DNA of 64,000 nt from Acidobacteriota bacterium (GCA_963664705.1 OY761556.1:6176001-6240000), one strand, 5' to 3'. Shown: positions 20,015-30,722, counted from the stretch's first letter. The notes: generated by a model not told the origin, from the sequence alone. Translations and numbers: made by a program.

Positions 20015-21304
20015 TTAGAAGCGATAGAAGAGCCCTACGCTTACCGGAATCGTTCTTCGCGATCCATAACCGTAGAATGATTTGAGACCGGAAATCGGCG
20101 GTCCGCTTAACGTCGAGTAGGATTCGAACCCGGGCCCGGTCAGCAGCTGGATGTCCGGAGCTGTCGGAGAGCCGGTTTTCGTGGTTGCCTTTACCACCCA
20201 CGCCTTGTTGGCGGTGTTGGTGTGGGTGGCATCCAGCAGCGTGAGCATGGTGTTCTTGTTGAAATAAGCTCTTGCGTCCACCCGGAGTCCGATGTGTGCA
20301 CTCAGATAAATCTTGACCCCGAATCCGACCATCTCCGTAAAGGTGTGGTTGCTGGACCGGGTGACCTTGATGCTGAATGTATCCGTTTCCTGGGCATTGG
20401 GGCCGCCATAGGAACCCTGCATCGTGGCTCCCACCGTTTTGTCTTCATTGAAAACAAAACCGGCTCCGGCGGTGACATACGGATGAAGTCCAAAGGTTTT
20501 TGGCAGGTTGACGACGAAAGCTCCAGTCGTGAAGGTCTCGTGGCCACCGTCCTGCGATAGGGTGTAGGTCGAGCTGGTTTCGGTGTTGCCCGGTACGTCC
20601 AGCCGCTGCCAGAATTTCTTAAAGGTGGCGTCCGCCGCCTTTATTCCGGTGACCGCTTCGTTCGTCATTCCAATTTTGTTGCCGCGATCCAGCGAGAATT
20701 CCGCACCCAGCCACTTATTCAGGCTGCGACTGATCCTGAATCCATACAGCTTTTCTGATGGCTCGATAATCGGCTTGATCAGTGTGTCCTGCAAGGAGGT
20801 TGTGGTTCCAATCAACTCGGCGCCGTCGCCAACGTACCACGAGGACACGCGATTGCTTTGGTATCCCTGGGCCCCGGATCCTAACAGCGAGTATGCTTCC
20901 GCCGAAGGCAACAGCGTGTACCCGCCAGTCTGGTGCGTACGGGACAGACCTCCGTGGACCTCCACTTCCCATTTGAATCGCGATCCGGCGACCGAAGGGG
21001 CTACTTTTTGAGCCTTCTTGCCTTTGGAAGCGATTTTTGGTGGTCCCTGACGTCTCGCCATTGCCAGGATCACCTTTTCAGGTACCTTCTGCTCCTGCAG
21101 CGCGACAACGCTCTCATTGCTTATTTCGAAATTTGGCGTTGCTGTTTCGATGGCACGAATGATGTCTGCCTCCGACATCCCGGACTGTACCATCTTGACG
21201 ACATCGGCATTTGTCATGGGCTGTCCCTTGCCCTGCGCCATGACAAGAGCGCTGCCAAGAAATAATAAGACTGCCGTAACAGCGACTAAAAGGCGGCGTA
21301 TCAT
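20015..21304 (-). CDS. Putative outer-membrane beta-barrel protein with a small N-terminal helical domain
   Basis: Signal peptide; TNADVVKMVQSGMSEADII domain; amphipathic strands (PYVTAGAG, GLRVDARAY); C-terminal VGLFYRF. Confidence 0.7.
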   Translation of the reverse strand: MIRRLLVAVTAVLLFLGSALVMAQGKGQPMTNADVVKMVQSGMSEADIIRAIETATPNFEISNESVVALQEQKVPEKVILAMARRQGPPKIASKGKKAQKVAPSVAGSRFKWEVEVHGGLSRTHQTGGYTLLPSAEAYSLLGSGAQGYQSNRVSSWYVGDGAELIGTTTSLQDTLIKPIIEPSEKLYGFRISRSLNKWLGAEFSLDRGNKIGMTNEAVTGIKAADATFKKFWQRLDVPGNTETSSTYTLSQDGGHETFTTGAFVVNLPKTFGLHPYVTAGAGFVFNEDKTVGATMQGSYGGPNAQETDTFSIKVTRSSNHTFTEMVGFGVKIYLSAHIGLRVDARAYFNKNTMLTLLDATHTNTANKAWVVKATTKTGSPTAPDIQLLTGPGFESYSTLSGPPISGLKSFYGYGSRRTIPVSVGLFYRF

Positions 21305-21384
21305 TCAATCACCCCCGCGACAATATTCAATCCTGAAGCAAAGCCGAAATATTAGCCGTTTTTTGGACTGGCGCCAATAATTCT

Positions 21385-24231
21385 TTATTTCGTGGAGGCT
21401 TGTGTCTTTCCTGATTCCAGCGGAAGCGCGGTCAGGAGCCCCTGGTTATCGAGCAGTGCGACCGCAGCGAATGTGGCACCCGCCCGCGCACGAATCGTCA
21501 AAGTCCCACTGAATTTGGTCATGGCCAGATCCTGGGAAAGGTATTTGGCAACCTGCTGTTTAGGACCGATAGTGAAGGCTACCGTGTCTCCAATGCCGGC
21601 TCCATCTATGTCCGTCAACGACACCTCGATGTCGATGGTTTCATCTCCCGGGTTTGCTATGGCATAGGCAATCCACTTCCCCTGGTCGCCGTCGTTGTCC
21701 ACCGCAACCGTTGCAGATTCCAGCTCTCTTGATTGGAGAACCCCGGTGACAGTCTGCAGTCTGGAATTGAGCGGATACTCAAAGGTCACTGACCCGGAAA
21801 GAGAATTGTCCGAGGTTTCCAGCTCACCCCATCCGATCTGAATCGGATTTTCCGATGCAACTTCCGCAGCGGTCAGAAATAGTCTGCTTTGCGCGGGAAC
21901 TGTAACCTGGAAGGCGCTTCCCGAGGTGACAACCTGGGTAATTCCAGCTGCATCGCTGGCAGTGGCGCGAATCCGGAGAGGGTTTCCCTGGGAATCGGTC
22001 AGGCGCAACGTACCGCTTGCGGTTTTCGTGCCCGTGTTGCTGAGCGTGAATAGCGTGGAGTAGCCGCTGCCTACCGCTACCTGGGGAAAGAGGTTGGCCG
22101 TAGCGTCAATCGCGATCTTGCGGATTCTATTGTTGTCATAGTCCGCAACGAACAGGTTTCCGGAGTTGTCTCCCGCGATCCCCATGGGGTAGTTGAGCTG
22201 GGCCAGGGTGGCCTTTCCACCGTCGCCGCTGAATCCGGCGGTAGCAATGCCGGCAAAGGTGCTGATCACTCCCGAGGAGGATACTTTTCGGATGCGGCTG
22301 TTCTGGTGATCGACAATATACAGATTGCCTGCGGCATCCACCGTGACTCCAGTCGGAACGTTCAATTCCGCGGAGGTCGCCGGTCCGCCATCACCGCTGA
22401 ATGCTGCGCTCCCTATTCCTGCCACTGTACTGATAACGCCGGCCGGAGTCACTTTGCGTACACAATTGTTCCCCGAATCCGCGATATAGATGTTGCCCGC
22501 TCCATCCGCCGCTAATCCGGCAGGGAATTGCAGCTGCGCGGTGGCAGCCGGCCCGCCATCACCGCTGTATCCCGCGATTCCGGCGCCGGCAAAGGTGCTG
22601 ATGACGCCATCGGTCGTCATCTTGCGAACTCGATGATTTGAGGTGTCGGAGATAAACAGGTTCCCGGCACCATCCACCGCAACTCCCCACGGGGAGTTCA
22701 GCTGTGCGGCCGTGGCAGCGCTGCCGTCACCGCTGTAGCCCTGCGTTCCATTCCCGGCAACGGTGCTGATGACCCCGGCGGTCGTAACTTTTCGAATGCG
22801 CTGATTTACGGAATCTGCAATGAAGAGATTTCCCGATGCATCCACCGCGACGCCAACAGGGTTGGATAGCTTTGCCGATGTGGCCGCACTGCCATCACCG
22901 CTGAATCCATTATTCCCATCGCCGGCCACCGTGCTGATTATCCCGGCGGTTGTTACTTTGCGAATGCGTGAATTGGCTGAATCCGCGATAAAAAGGTTGC
23001 CTGCCTTGTCTACGGCAACTGCAGTCGGCAGATAAAATTGGGCGGAGGTGGCCAGTCCACCGTCGCCGCCAAATCCCTGGGCTCCCATTCCGGCAACCGT
23101 AGAGATGTTGCCATCCGTTTTTACCTGGCGAACGCGCCGGTTAACGTAGTCTGCGATCAAGATATTGCCGGATGAGTCGACGCTGATGCCTGTCGCGAAC
23201 GAAATCTGGGCGGAGGTGGCCTTCCCGCCGTCGCCGCCAAATCCCGATATGCCCGTTCCTGCCACGGTGCTTATGGACCCGCCCACGGTCATTTTGCGTA
23301 TGCGGTAGTTGTAAGCATCTGCAATATAGATGTTGCCGGAAGAATCCAACGCAATGCCTATCGGGTAACCAAACTTGGCGTTGAGCGCCGACCCGCCATC
23401 GCCGTTGAAACCGATCTCTCCGTTCCCGGCAATCGTGCTGATGTCCCCATTGGTTTTGATTTCACGTATCCGCTGATTGGCCGTGTCGGCAATGTAGATC
23501 ACACCTGCGCTATCAATGGCCACCGCCATTGGCTGATTCAGCGTTGCGTTGACGGCATCGTTTTCGCCGGTCGTGTTGTTCTCGTCGTCCTCGCTAAAGC
23601 CCACGCCGCCGGTCCCGGCTACCGTGGTGATGGTCCCATCGGTTAATTTGCGGATTCGATTGTTGCAGGAATCTGCAATATACAGATTGTTCACGGAATT
23701 GAGCGCCAGTCCGACTGGGCGGCACAGTTGAGCTTCAGTAGCAATCGCATCATCTCCGCCGTATCCACGGTCCCCATTACCGGCTATGGTGCTGATGATC
23801 CCGCCAGGACTGACCTTGCGGATTCGATTGTTGTCGGAATCCGAAATATATAGATTCCCTGTCGAATCCAGGGCCAGGCCCGTAGGGTGGAAAAGCTGAG
23901 CCGAAGTTGCCGGACCGCCGTCCCCGCTGAAACCAGGAGTATTGTTGCCCGCCACGCGAGTGATTTTCCCGTCCACCGTAACCCGGTAGACATTGTTTTG
24001 CCCGCTGATCGCAACGTAGAAACCACCCGTTCCATCCGGAGCGAGAGACGATGGACCGTCCAGCGGCTGCGCCGTGGCGAGAGCACCATTCACCGGTAAC
24101 CCCGGCCCGGCATAGGTCGTAATGATTCCGGACTGGGCAAAGCCGGTCATGCTCACAATGGCAAGAAGTAATATGGCTAAAGCGATTCGAGTTGATGACC
24201 TCACGATAATCCTCCTGAGCTCCTTCAGCAT
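21385..24231 (-). CDS. Secreted NHL-repeat beta-propeller protein (12 repeats) with a C-terminal beta-rich domain
   Basis: Twelve ~56-aa units GFSGDGGxATxAxLxxPxGVAVDxxGNLxIADxxNxRIRKV; signal peptide; C-terminal region starts FPQVAVGSGYST. Confidence 0.9.
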   Translation of the reverse strand: MLKELRRIIVRSSTRIALAILLLAIVSMTGFAQSGIITTYAGPGLPVNGALATAQPLDGPSSLAPDGTGGFYVAISGQNNVYRVTVDGKITRVAGNNTPGFSGDGGPATSAQLFHPTGLALDSTGNLYISDSDNNRIRKVSPGGIISTIAGNGDRGYGGDDAIATEAQLCRPVGLALNSVNNLYIADSCNNRIRKLTDGTITTVAGTGGVGFSEDDENNTTGENDAVNATLNQPMAVAIDSAGVIYIADTANQRIREIKTNGDISTIAGNGEIGFNGDGGSALNAKFGYPIGIALDSSGNIYIADAYNYRIRKMTVGGSISTVAGTGISGFGGDGGKATSAQISFATGISVDSSGNILIADYVNRRVRQVKTDGNISTVAGMGAQGFGGDGGLATSAQFYLPTAVAVDKAGNLFIADSANSRIRKVTTAGIISTVAGDGNNGFSGDGSAATSAKLSNPVGVAVDASGNLFIADSVNQRIRKVTTAGVISTVAGNGTQGYSGDGSAATAAQLNSPWGVAVDGAGNLFISDTSNHRVRKMTTDGVISTFAGAGIAGYSGDGGPAATAQLQFPAGLAADGAGNIYIADSGNNCVRKVTPAGVISTVAGIGSAAFSGDGGPATSAELNVPTGVTVDAAGNLYIVDHQNSRIRKVSSSGVISTFAGIATAGFSGDGGKATLAQLNYPMGIAGDNSGNLFVADYDNNRIRKIAIDATANLFPQVAVGSGYSTLFTLSNTGTKTASGTLRLTDSQGNPLRIRATASDAAGITQVVTSGSAFQVTVPAQSRLFLTAAEVASENPIQIGWGELETSDNSLSGSVTFEYPLNSRLQTVTGVLQSRELESATVAVDNDGDQGKWIAYAIANPGDETIDIEVSLTDIDGAGIGDTVAFTIGPKQQVAKYLSQDLAMTKFSGTLTIRARAGATFAAVALLDNQGLLTALPLESGKTQASTK

Positions 24232-24560
24232 ATATCGGGATTGGAGTCCTGTACGCCGGACTGCTGCCGAATTGCAGGGATTCCGAAAACAGTCTAATCG
24301 ATTCTAACGCAGCAAATCCTTGCAGGATCATTCTTACATAAAACAGACACTCCTATCCTTATAATTGTGCTCATTTCTGTAGACGGGATATTAGGCGTTA
24401 CGGGTCATAATTGGCCATGGGGATTCTGGAATTTACATGGATTTAACAAAATCCCGCCTCGCCACAGCGGCCGGGGATTCGACGGGTTTTTGCGTTTCGC
24501 CGGAGCCTGAGGTAGTATGGCTTCAAGCCGGAATAATCGCTTCTCTGGAGAAGGTTTAGC

Positions 24561-25514
24561 ATGGACGCCAAAAAAATCCGACTCGGGATCAGTACCTGCC
24601 TTCTGGGTGAACCGGTTCGCTATGACGGCGGACATAAGCTGGATCGATTCCTGACCGAGACCCTCGGCCAATATGTTGAGTATATACCGGTTTGTCCGGA
24701 AGTTGAATGCGGCTTGCCTGTGCCCCGGGAAGCCATGCACCTGGAAGGAGATCCGGAGGCGCCCCGGCTGGTCACCATTCATTCCCGGGTGGATTTGACG
24801 GATCAAATGAGCCATTGGGCAAAGAGGCGCGTAGCCGCTCTCGAAAAAGAGGGCTTAATGGGCTTCATTTTTAAAAGCGATTCTCCCAGCAGCGGCATGG
24901 AGCGCGTCAAAGTATATGGCGGGAAAGGAATGGCCGTGCGGAAAGGGATCGGGATGTTTGCCCGGGCATTCATAGAGCACTTCCCGTTGCTTCCGGTCGA
25001 AGAAGAAGGGCGTTTGCACGATCCCGAAATTCGCGAGAACTTTATCGAACGCATTTTTGCCCTTGCCCGGTGGCGCGCTCTACTGGCTGAAGCCGATGGG
25101 CTTGGCGGACTCGTCGAATTTCATGCGAGGCATAAGCTGCTTATCCTGTCGCACAGCACCCAAAGCTATCAGGAGATGGGACGGCTCGTGGCCGGGGCGA
25201 AGAAGTCATCCCTTCGGACGGTCCTGGACGGATATCAGAAAATGCTGATGGAGGCGCTGAAACTCCGAGCCACGCCGAAGAAGAATGCCAATGTTTTGAT
25301 GCACATGGCCGGGTATTTCAAGAATCAACTGTCGCTGGCTGAGAAGGCCGAGATGGCGCAGCTCATCGAGCAATACCGACTGGGCATGATTCCGCTAATC
25401 GTTCCCATTACTCTTATCAAGCATTTTGTCCTGGTGTTTGACCAGCCCTACCTCAGAGACCAGTACTACCTCAACCCACACCCCATCGAACTCCATCTCC
25501 GCAATCACGTTTAG
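24561..25514 (+). CDS. DUF523-DUF1722 (YbgA/RudS-like) protein
   Basis: STCLLGEPVRYDGGH, VCPEVECGL..PRE, EEEGRL, FHARHK, NVLMH..GYFK, QYYLNPHP. Confidence 0.88.
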   Translation: MDAKKIRLGISTCLLGEPVRYDGGHKLDRFLTETLGQYVEYIPVCPEVECGLPVPREAMHLEGDPEAPRLVTIHSRVDLTDQMSHWAKRRVAALEKEGLMGFIFKSDSPSSGMERVKVYGGKGMAVRKGIGMFARAFIEHFPLLPVEEEGRLHDPEIRENFIERIFALARWRALLAEADGLGGLVEFHARHKLLILSHSTQSYQEMGRLVAGAKKSSLRTVLDGYQKMLMEALKLRATPKKNANVLMHMAGYFKNQLSLAEKAEMAQLIEQYRLGMIPLIVPITLIKHFVLVFDQPYLRDQYYLNPHPIELHLRNHV

Positions 25515-25559
25515 GGCGAGGTCGGTTCGACGGATGGCACTCAAGCGGTTAAGGTCGAT

Positions 25560-27203
25560 TTAGTTGTGGACGCCGGGGGCTTCGCGACCGGTGATGCGGG
25601 CGTACTCCTCGTAGGTGCCGGGGTATGTCATCGGGTCCGTGTGGCCTAAATCGGCTCCACCCAGTTCCAGCACTCGATTGGCCAGGCCTCGCAGGAACGT
25701 TCGGTCGTGTGAAACGAACAGCATGGTCCCATCAAAATCCTTCAGGGCCGCAACCAGCATTTCCTTCGTCGCCAAGTCCAGGTGATTCGTAGGCTCGTCG
25801 AGTACCAGGAAATTTGGCGGATCGAAAAGCATCCGAGCCAGGACCAGCCTCGACTTTTCGCCGCCTGAAAGCACTCGAATAGGCTTGTCCACATCGTCTC
25901 CCGAGAACTGGAAAGCACCCAATAAATTCCTCAGTGCGCCCAGGGTTTCCAGCGGGAAATCCTTCTGGATCTGCTCAATGACCGTAAGCTGTGAGTCGAG
26001 CAATTCCAACGATTGTTGAGCGAAGTAGCCCAGCTTCAGGCTGGCTCCGAGCCGAACTGTCCCCGAGTCCGGTTCGAGTGTGCCCACAACCATTTTTAGC
26101 AGAGTGGTTTTCCCCGCGCCGTTCTTACCCATGACACACCAGCGTTCTCCCCGCCGGATCAGCAGATCAAAGCCGTCATAAAGAACCCGCTTGCCGAAAC
26201 GCTTTGCAACGCCGTTCAATGAGGCGACGTCTTGTCCCGATCTCTGGGGCATGCGAAATTTGAATTCCACTACCTTTCGCGTGCGTGGGAGCTCAATCTT
26301 CTCGATCTTGTCGAGCGCTTTTACGCGGCTCTGAACCTGTGCCGCTTTGGCGGCGTGCGCTTTAAATCTTTCAATGAACCGGCTTTCCTTGGCCAGCATG
26401 GCCTGCTGCCTGGCATACGCCGCTTCGCGATTAGCTTCCCGGAGTGCGCGCTCCCGCTCGTAGTTATCGTAATCTCCCTTGTAGAGATAGATCTCTCCGC
26501 CGTCAATCTCCACAATCCGGTCGACCACGCGATTCATAAAATCCCGGTCATGAGAGGTGATAATTAGCGTGCATCGGGCATCTTTCAGGAATCTCTCGAG
26601 CCACAGGATGGATTCAATATCCAGATGGTTCGTGGGCTCGTCCATGAGGAGAACATCCGGATTGCCCAACAAAACCTGGGCCATGGAAACCCTCATCTTC
26701 CATCCGCCGGACAGGTTTCCTACGTCGCCATCGATCTGATCGTCCTCGAATCCCAGTCCATGGAGTACCTCGCGGGCCTGCGCCTCGAGCCCGTATCCTC
26801 CGAGACTCTCGTATCGATGCTGTACCTCGCCATAGCGATCGAGAATCTTGTCCATTTTTTCCGCATTGTCAGGATTGGACAGCTCATGCTGGAGCGATTC
26901 GAGTTCGTGGTGCAGTTCGCCGAGCTCGCCGCTGCCGGCAATCGCTTCATCAATGACGCTCCACCCGGACATGTCATCGAGTTCCTGCCGAAAGTATGCG
27001 ATTCTCAATTTGCCGGGAACCGAAACAGACCCTTCATCCGGATGTTCCGTCCCTTTAATCAGACGAAACAGCGTGGTCTTCCCGCAGCCGTTGGGGCCTA
27101 CGAGCCCGGCTTTTTCCCCGGGATTGATTTGAAAACTGAGGTCTGTAAACAGGACCTGTTTCCCATACTGCTTGACAACGTTCGAAAATACGATCACACG
27201 CAT
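25560..27203 (-). CDS. ABC-F family ribosome-associated ATPase
   Basis: Two NBDs (GPNGCGKT/LSGGW/DEPTNHLD and GKNGAGKT/LSGGEK/DEPTNHLD), no TM segments; start ATG 27203 or GTG 27197. Confidence 0.93.
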   Translation of the reverse strand: MRVIVFSNVVKQYGKQVLFTDLSFQINPGEKAGLVGPNGCGKTTLFRLIKGTEHPDEGSVSVPGKLRIAYFRQELDDMSGWSVIDEAIAGSGELGELHHELESLQHELSNPDNAEKMDKILDRYGEVQHRYESLGGYGLEAQAREVLHGLGFEDDQIDGDVGNLSGGWKMRVSMAQVLLGNPDVLLMDEPTNHLDIESILWLERFLKDARCTLIITSHDRDFMNRVVDRIVEIDGGEIYLYKGDYDNYERERALREANREAAYARQQAMLAKESRFIERFKAHAAKAAQVQSRVKALDKIEKIELPRTRKVVEFKFRMPQRSGQDVASLNGVAKRFGKRVLYDGFDLLIRRGERWCVMGKNGAGKTTLLKMVVGTLEPDSGTVRLGASLKLGYFAQQSLELLDSQLTVIEQIQKDFPLETLGALRNLLGAFQFSGDDVDKPIRVLSGGEKSRLVLARMLFDPPNFLVLDEPTNHLDLATKEMLVAALKDFDGTMLFVSHDRTFLRGLANRVLELGGADLGHTDPMTYPGTYEEYARITGREAPGVHN

Positions 27204-27424
27204 ACCTCGCAAAGACGAAACATTATGCCGGTTGAGCTTTGCCGGGTCTACCGGCATTTTCGCCGGGGTTTCGAAATGCAATGTGCTTCCGATTTCGGGA
27301 GCGGATAGGCAGGGGTCGGGCAAATTCGCTTGACAAAACTTCCTGTCGGTTGCCCTATAAACCTAAAAGATGCAAAGATTCAAGGCGTGCATTGCTTTTC
27401 GCCTGGAACCGCGGAGGGATTATT

Positions 27425-28333
27425 TTGAGAATCGCAATTTTGGGTGCCGGCGCCATGGGGATGCTCTTTGGCGGTTATCTGTCCAAAGAGAACGACGTTG
27501 TGCTTATCGATACCGACAAAAGCAAAATCGATGCGATCAACCAGCACGGGATTTCCATTCGGGAGGCCGAGGGAACCATCCGCTCGAGCAACCCCAAGGC
27601 TGTTCTTCCAGCCGGCAATCCGGGATATGCGGATCTGGTAGTTCTTTTTGTCAAAGCCATGAATTCCAGAAATGCTCTTAGCGACAATTCCGCCTTGTTC
27701 GGGCCGACAACCCAGGTTATGTCGATGCAGAACGGCGCCGGCCATGAAGCAGTCCTGAGAGAGTTCATCCCCGAGGAAAGGATAGTGCTTGGGACCACTC
27801 AGCATAACAGCTTCATCGTTGGCCCAGGCGTTATTCATCACGGCGGCGGGGGACAGACTTATATCGGTCCCGTCGCGGGAGACAGCCAAAAGCTGAAACC
27901 GATACAAGAGACCTTTGCAAACTGCGGCTTCTCCACCGAGATATCCGAAAATATTCAACGGAAGATCTGGGAGAAGCTTTTTGTAAATTCATCGGCGAGT
28001 GCTTTGACCGCGATTCTTCAAACCAGCCTTGGATATATCGTCGAGAACGGCCATGCCTGGCAGCTTGCCAGGCAACTGATCCGGGAAGCCGTTGCCGTGG
28101 CAAATGGCGACGGGCTTGGGTTTGTTGAAGAAAAAGTTCTGGAGGACCTGCGGCAACTGCTCGAGCGGGCGAAGAGCGGATACACTTCTATTTATGCGGA
28201 TATTCGTGAAAAGCGCAAAACGGAAGTAGATACGATCAGCGGAGCTGTGGTCACGGCGAGCCGGCGTAATGGTGCGCCGGCTCCCTCGCATGAGTTCGTA
28301 GTCCAACTTATCCACGCGCTGGAAGAAAGATAA
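27425..28333 (+). CDS. panE: 2-dehydropantoate 2-reductase
   Basis: GAGAMG, FVKA, QNG, WEKLFVN, KTEVDTISG; TTG start after GGAGG. Confidence 0.88.
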   Translation: MRIAILGAGAMGMLFGGYLSKENDVVLIDTDKSKIDAINQHGISIREAEGTIRSSNPKAVLPAGNPGYADLVVLFVKAMNSRNALSDNSALFGPTTQVMSMQNGAGHEAVLREFIPEERIVLGTTQHNSFIVGPGVIHHGGGGQTYIGPVAGDSQKLKPIQETFANCGFSTEISENIQRKIWEKLFVNSSASALTAILQTSLGYIVENGHAWQLARQLIREAVAVANGDGLGFVEEKVLEDLRQLLERAKSGYTSIYADIREKRKTEVDTISGAVVTASRRNGAPAPSHEFVVQLIHALEER

Positions 28334-28366
28334 ATTCCAGGTCCGGATAAGAGACGAAGGGCCGAT

Positions 28367-29506
28367 TTACCCGGCCTGTTTTTCGCTGACGCCTGTTTCA
28401 AAAGGGAATTTATACGCCAGGCCAAGTTCGTTGCGCATAGCGCACAGCTGCTTCTGGACGACCGGGTCGACGGGAACTCCCCTGGTTGCGCGCTCCTGAC
28501 CCGCCAGGTATTCCTTTTCGCCGCAGGTATAGATGCGTTCCGCACCCGGCATCTTCTTGGAAGCACGCAGCCCGCGAAGGATATCACCGGATGTCTTCCT
28601 GAATGCATCGATGTTCGTGAAGCACTCGATATCGATGGCGATGAAGAAGTGCCCCAATCCATAGGGAACCGGCCGCCCCTGCTCATCAATGCCGCTCAAT
28701 TGCTTTAAAAAGGACCCCTGCTGCAGTGCAGCGGACATAATTTCCACAGCCGTTGCAAAACCATAGCCCTTATGGCCGCCGGTATCCTCACTCAAGCCGC
28801 CTACCGGCGTGAAGGCGCTTCTTCCCTTGATCAGGTCATCGAGAATCTTCTGCGGATCCGTTTCCGTATCGCCTTCCCAGTTAATGACCAGCCCGGCAGG
28901 GCAGGGTCGTTCCTCGCGAACATACTGTTCGATCTTTCCTCTCTGCACAATGGACGTGGCGTAGTCGTTTGTGAACGCGAACGCTTCATCGGTCGGGATA
29001 CCGAAGACCAGCGGATTTGTTCCCATCATGTTTTCAACGCCATGCGTGGGGGCGATGGAGGGGCGCGCATTTGTGCCGGTGATTCCGATCATATCGGCGG
29101 CAACCGCCATCAGTGAGTAGTGAGCCGCATATCCATAATGGGTGGAATTGCGGGCCACAACCATTCCCAATCCGTGTGTGCGGGCTTTTTCGATCGCCAT
29201 CTGCATACAGCGTTTGCCGATGACCATACCCATTCCGTGATGTCCGTCCACAACAGCCGTTGCTTTGTGATCGCGAACCACCTCGAATTGCGTGACCGGC
29301 TGCTGAACGCCACCCATGACGATGCGATCGTAATAGATGGGCTTGAGCCGCCCAACGCCGTGCGAATCGATGCCGCGCCGATCCGCCGCAATCAGGACTT
29401 CCGCGCACGTCCGTGCGTCCTCGTCCGGGACACCAACTCCCTTAAAAACATCGACTATAAATGCTTCCAGCAGATCAAACGGAATCCAGGATATGTTTAC
29501 AGACAC
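28367..29506 (-). CDS. Ldh_2-family (malate/L-lactate-type) NAD(P) oxidoreductase
   Basis: GIDSHG, RNSTHYG, MGTNP, GGHKGYG; GTG 29506 after GGAG. Confidence 0.9.
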   Translation of the reverse strand: MSVNISWIPFDLLEAFIVDVFKGVGVPDEDARTCAEVLIAADRRGIDSHGVGRLKPIYYDRIVMGGVQQPVTQFEVVRDHKATAVVDGHHGMGMVIGKRCMQMAIEKARTHGLGMVVARNSTHYGYAAHYSLMAVAADMIGITGTNARPSIAPTHGVENMMGTNPLVFGIPTDEAFAFTNDYATSIVQRGKIEQYVREERPCPAGLVINWEGDTETDPQKILDDLIKGRSAFTPVGGLSEDTGGHKGYGFATAVEIMSAALQQGSFLKQLSGIDEQGRPVPYGLGHFFIAIDIECFTNIDAFRKTSGDILRGLRASKKMPGAERIYTCGEKEYLAGQERATRGVPVDPVVQKQLCAMRNELGLAYKFPFETGVSEKQAG

Positions 29507-29552
29507 GTATATCTCCAATCAGAAAAGCTCTCATCTTATCATCGAACTGGTA

Positions 29553-29644
29553 ATTTCAGATTCCTGATTTCGGATTTCAGACTCCAGAAAAACAAACAGA
29601 TTGCCGGGTTTGGAATCTGAAAGCTGGAGCCTGAAATCCGCAAT
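29553..29644. repeat. Inverted pair of heptamer tandem arrays (ATTTCAG/CTGAAAT family)
   Basis: 29553-29587 atttcag attcctg atttcgg atttcag actccag, facing 29610-29644 ttggaat ctgaaag ctggagc ctgaaat ccgcaat. Confidence 0.75.
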
Positions 29645-29654
29645 AGTAGAGGGG

Positions 29655-30722
29655 TCAGTCGATGTAAGTAGTCTCGTGGTTTGCGCCGAGCGACATCAAA
29701 AGAAAGCCGAACGGCCGGTCGACCCATCGCGTAACAATCGGATTATGGGCAACGCCTGCCGGGACAACAACGGCGGTCGGCTTGTTGATGATGTGCCTCT
29801 CATGTTCCGGTCCCATGTCGATCTGAATTTCGGCTCCGAGGTAGTCGATATCCGACGGATCGGTGCCCGCGAAGAGCAGCACTTCATCGTGCGGATGGAT
29901 ATGCGCTCCCTTGCCCGGGCCCCTTGTCCAGATTCCCGGACTCTTGTGAATGCCCCAGCAGAAATTTACATCCATGCCTTCCAGATCCTTGCCGAACATC
30001 CAGACGTCATTTTCGGACATGCCCGGTCCCGGTTTGCGGCCATCCGCAATCATGTCCCCGTATTGAGCGTTATCGGCCTCAGTCATCTGACGCACCGTCA
30101 TGGTGTTCGGAATCAGAGGCTTTATATAGTGAGCATTCAGCTGGCCGTGCGTCACGGTTTCCTCGGAAATATGAACCCGTTTCGTTCCAAATGATGAGTT
30201 CATCGGCGACTTTATCCCGCTTGACGGATCGGGCTGCATGCGTTTCATCTGCTCTTCGGAAATTCCATCGCCCAGCCAGCGCGTGGTGGGATCCGCTCCC
30301 AGTGAAATGATAAAGAAGCTGTATCCGATCGGACTGGTTACATCCAGCGTGACGGAGGGACAGTGGAAGTATCCTCCCGGGGCCACGACCACGGAAGGTT
30401 TGTCAAACGTGTGAATTTCCAGTTCCTTTCCCAGACAATACTGGAGCTTAGCGCCCAGGTATTCCGGCTTGTCCGGATCGAGTCCTACAAACACCAGGCA
30501 TTCGGGGTATGGGTGGACATGCGGATCCATGCCGGGATGCCAATCGCCCAAACCCGTGTAGAAACCCCAGGAGAAGTTCAACTGCAGCCCCTCCAGGTGA
30601 TCCCTGCCATTCAGCCAGCGATTGACGTCCGCATTTCCCGTGTTTCGGAATATCGCGGCCTGTCCGGGCATTTCAGCCATTTTCAGCGGTTTGAACAAGT
30701 ATTCATATTTGCCGGTCGACAT
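29655..30722 (-). CDS. Uncharacterised bicupin-like metalloprotein
   Basis: Two copies of HxHPxxE...PxGxxHxP (HVHPYPE/PGGYFHCP and HIHPHDE/PAGVAHNP). Confidence 0.7.
   Translation of the reverse strand: MSTGKYEYLFKPLKMAEMPGQAAIFRNTGNADVNRWLNGRDHLEGLQLNFSWGFYTGLGDWHPGMDPHVHPYPECLVFVGLDPDKPEYLGAKLQYCLGKELEIHTFDKPSVVVAPGGYFHCPSVTLDVTSPIGYSFFIISLGADPTTRWLGDGISEEQMKRMQPDPSSGIKSPMNSSFGTKRVHISEETVTHGQLNAHYIKPLIPNTMTVRQMTEADNAQYGDMIADGRKPGPGMSENDVWMFGKDLEGMDVNFCWGIHKSPGIWTRGPGKGAHIHPHDEVLLFAGTDPSDIDYLGAEIQIDMGPEHERHIINKPTAVVVPAGVAHNPIVTRWVDRPFGFLLMSLGANHETTYID

Noticed and set aside
22100-24100. Periodic DNA repeats as a non-coding array
   Set aside because: Fully explained by the NHL protein repeats.
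27204-27424. N-terminal extensions of the ABC-F and panE ORFs overlapping head to head
   Set aside because: Homology starts at 27203/27197 and 27425, each with an RBS; the interval is more likely a divergent promoter region.
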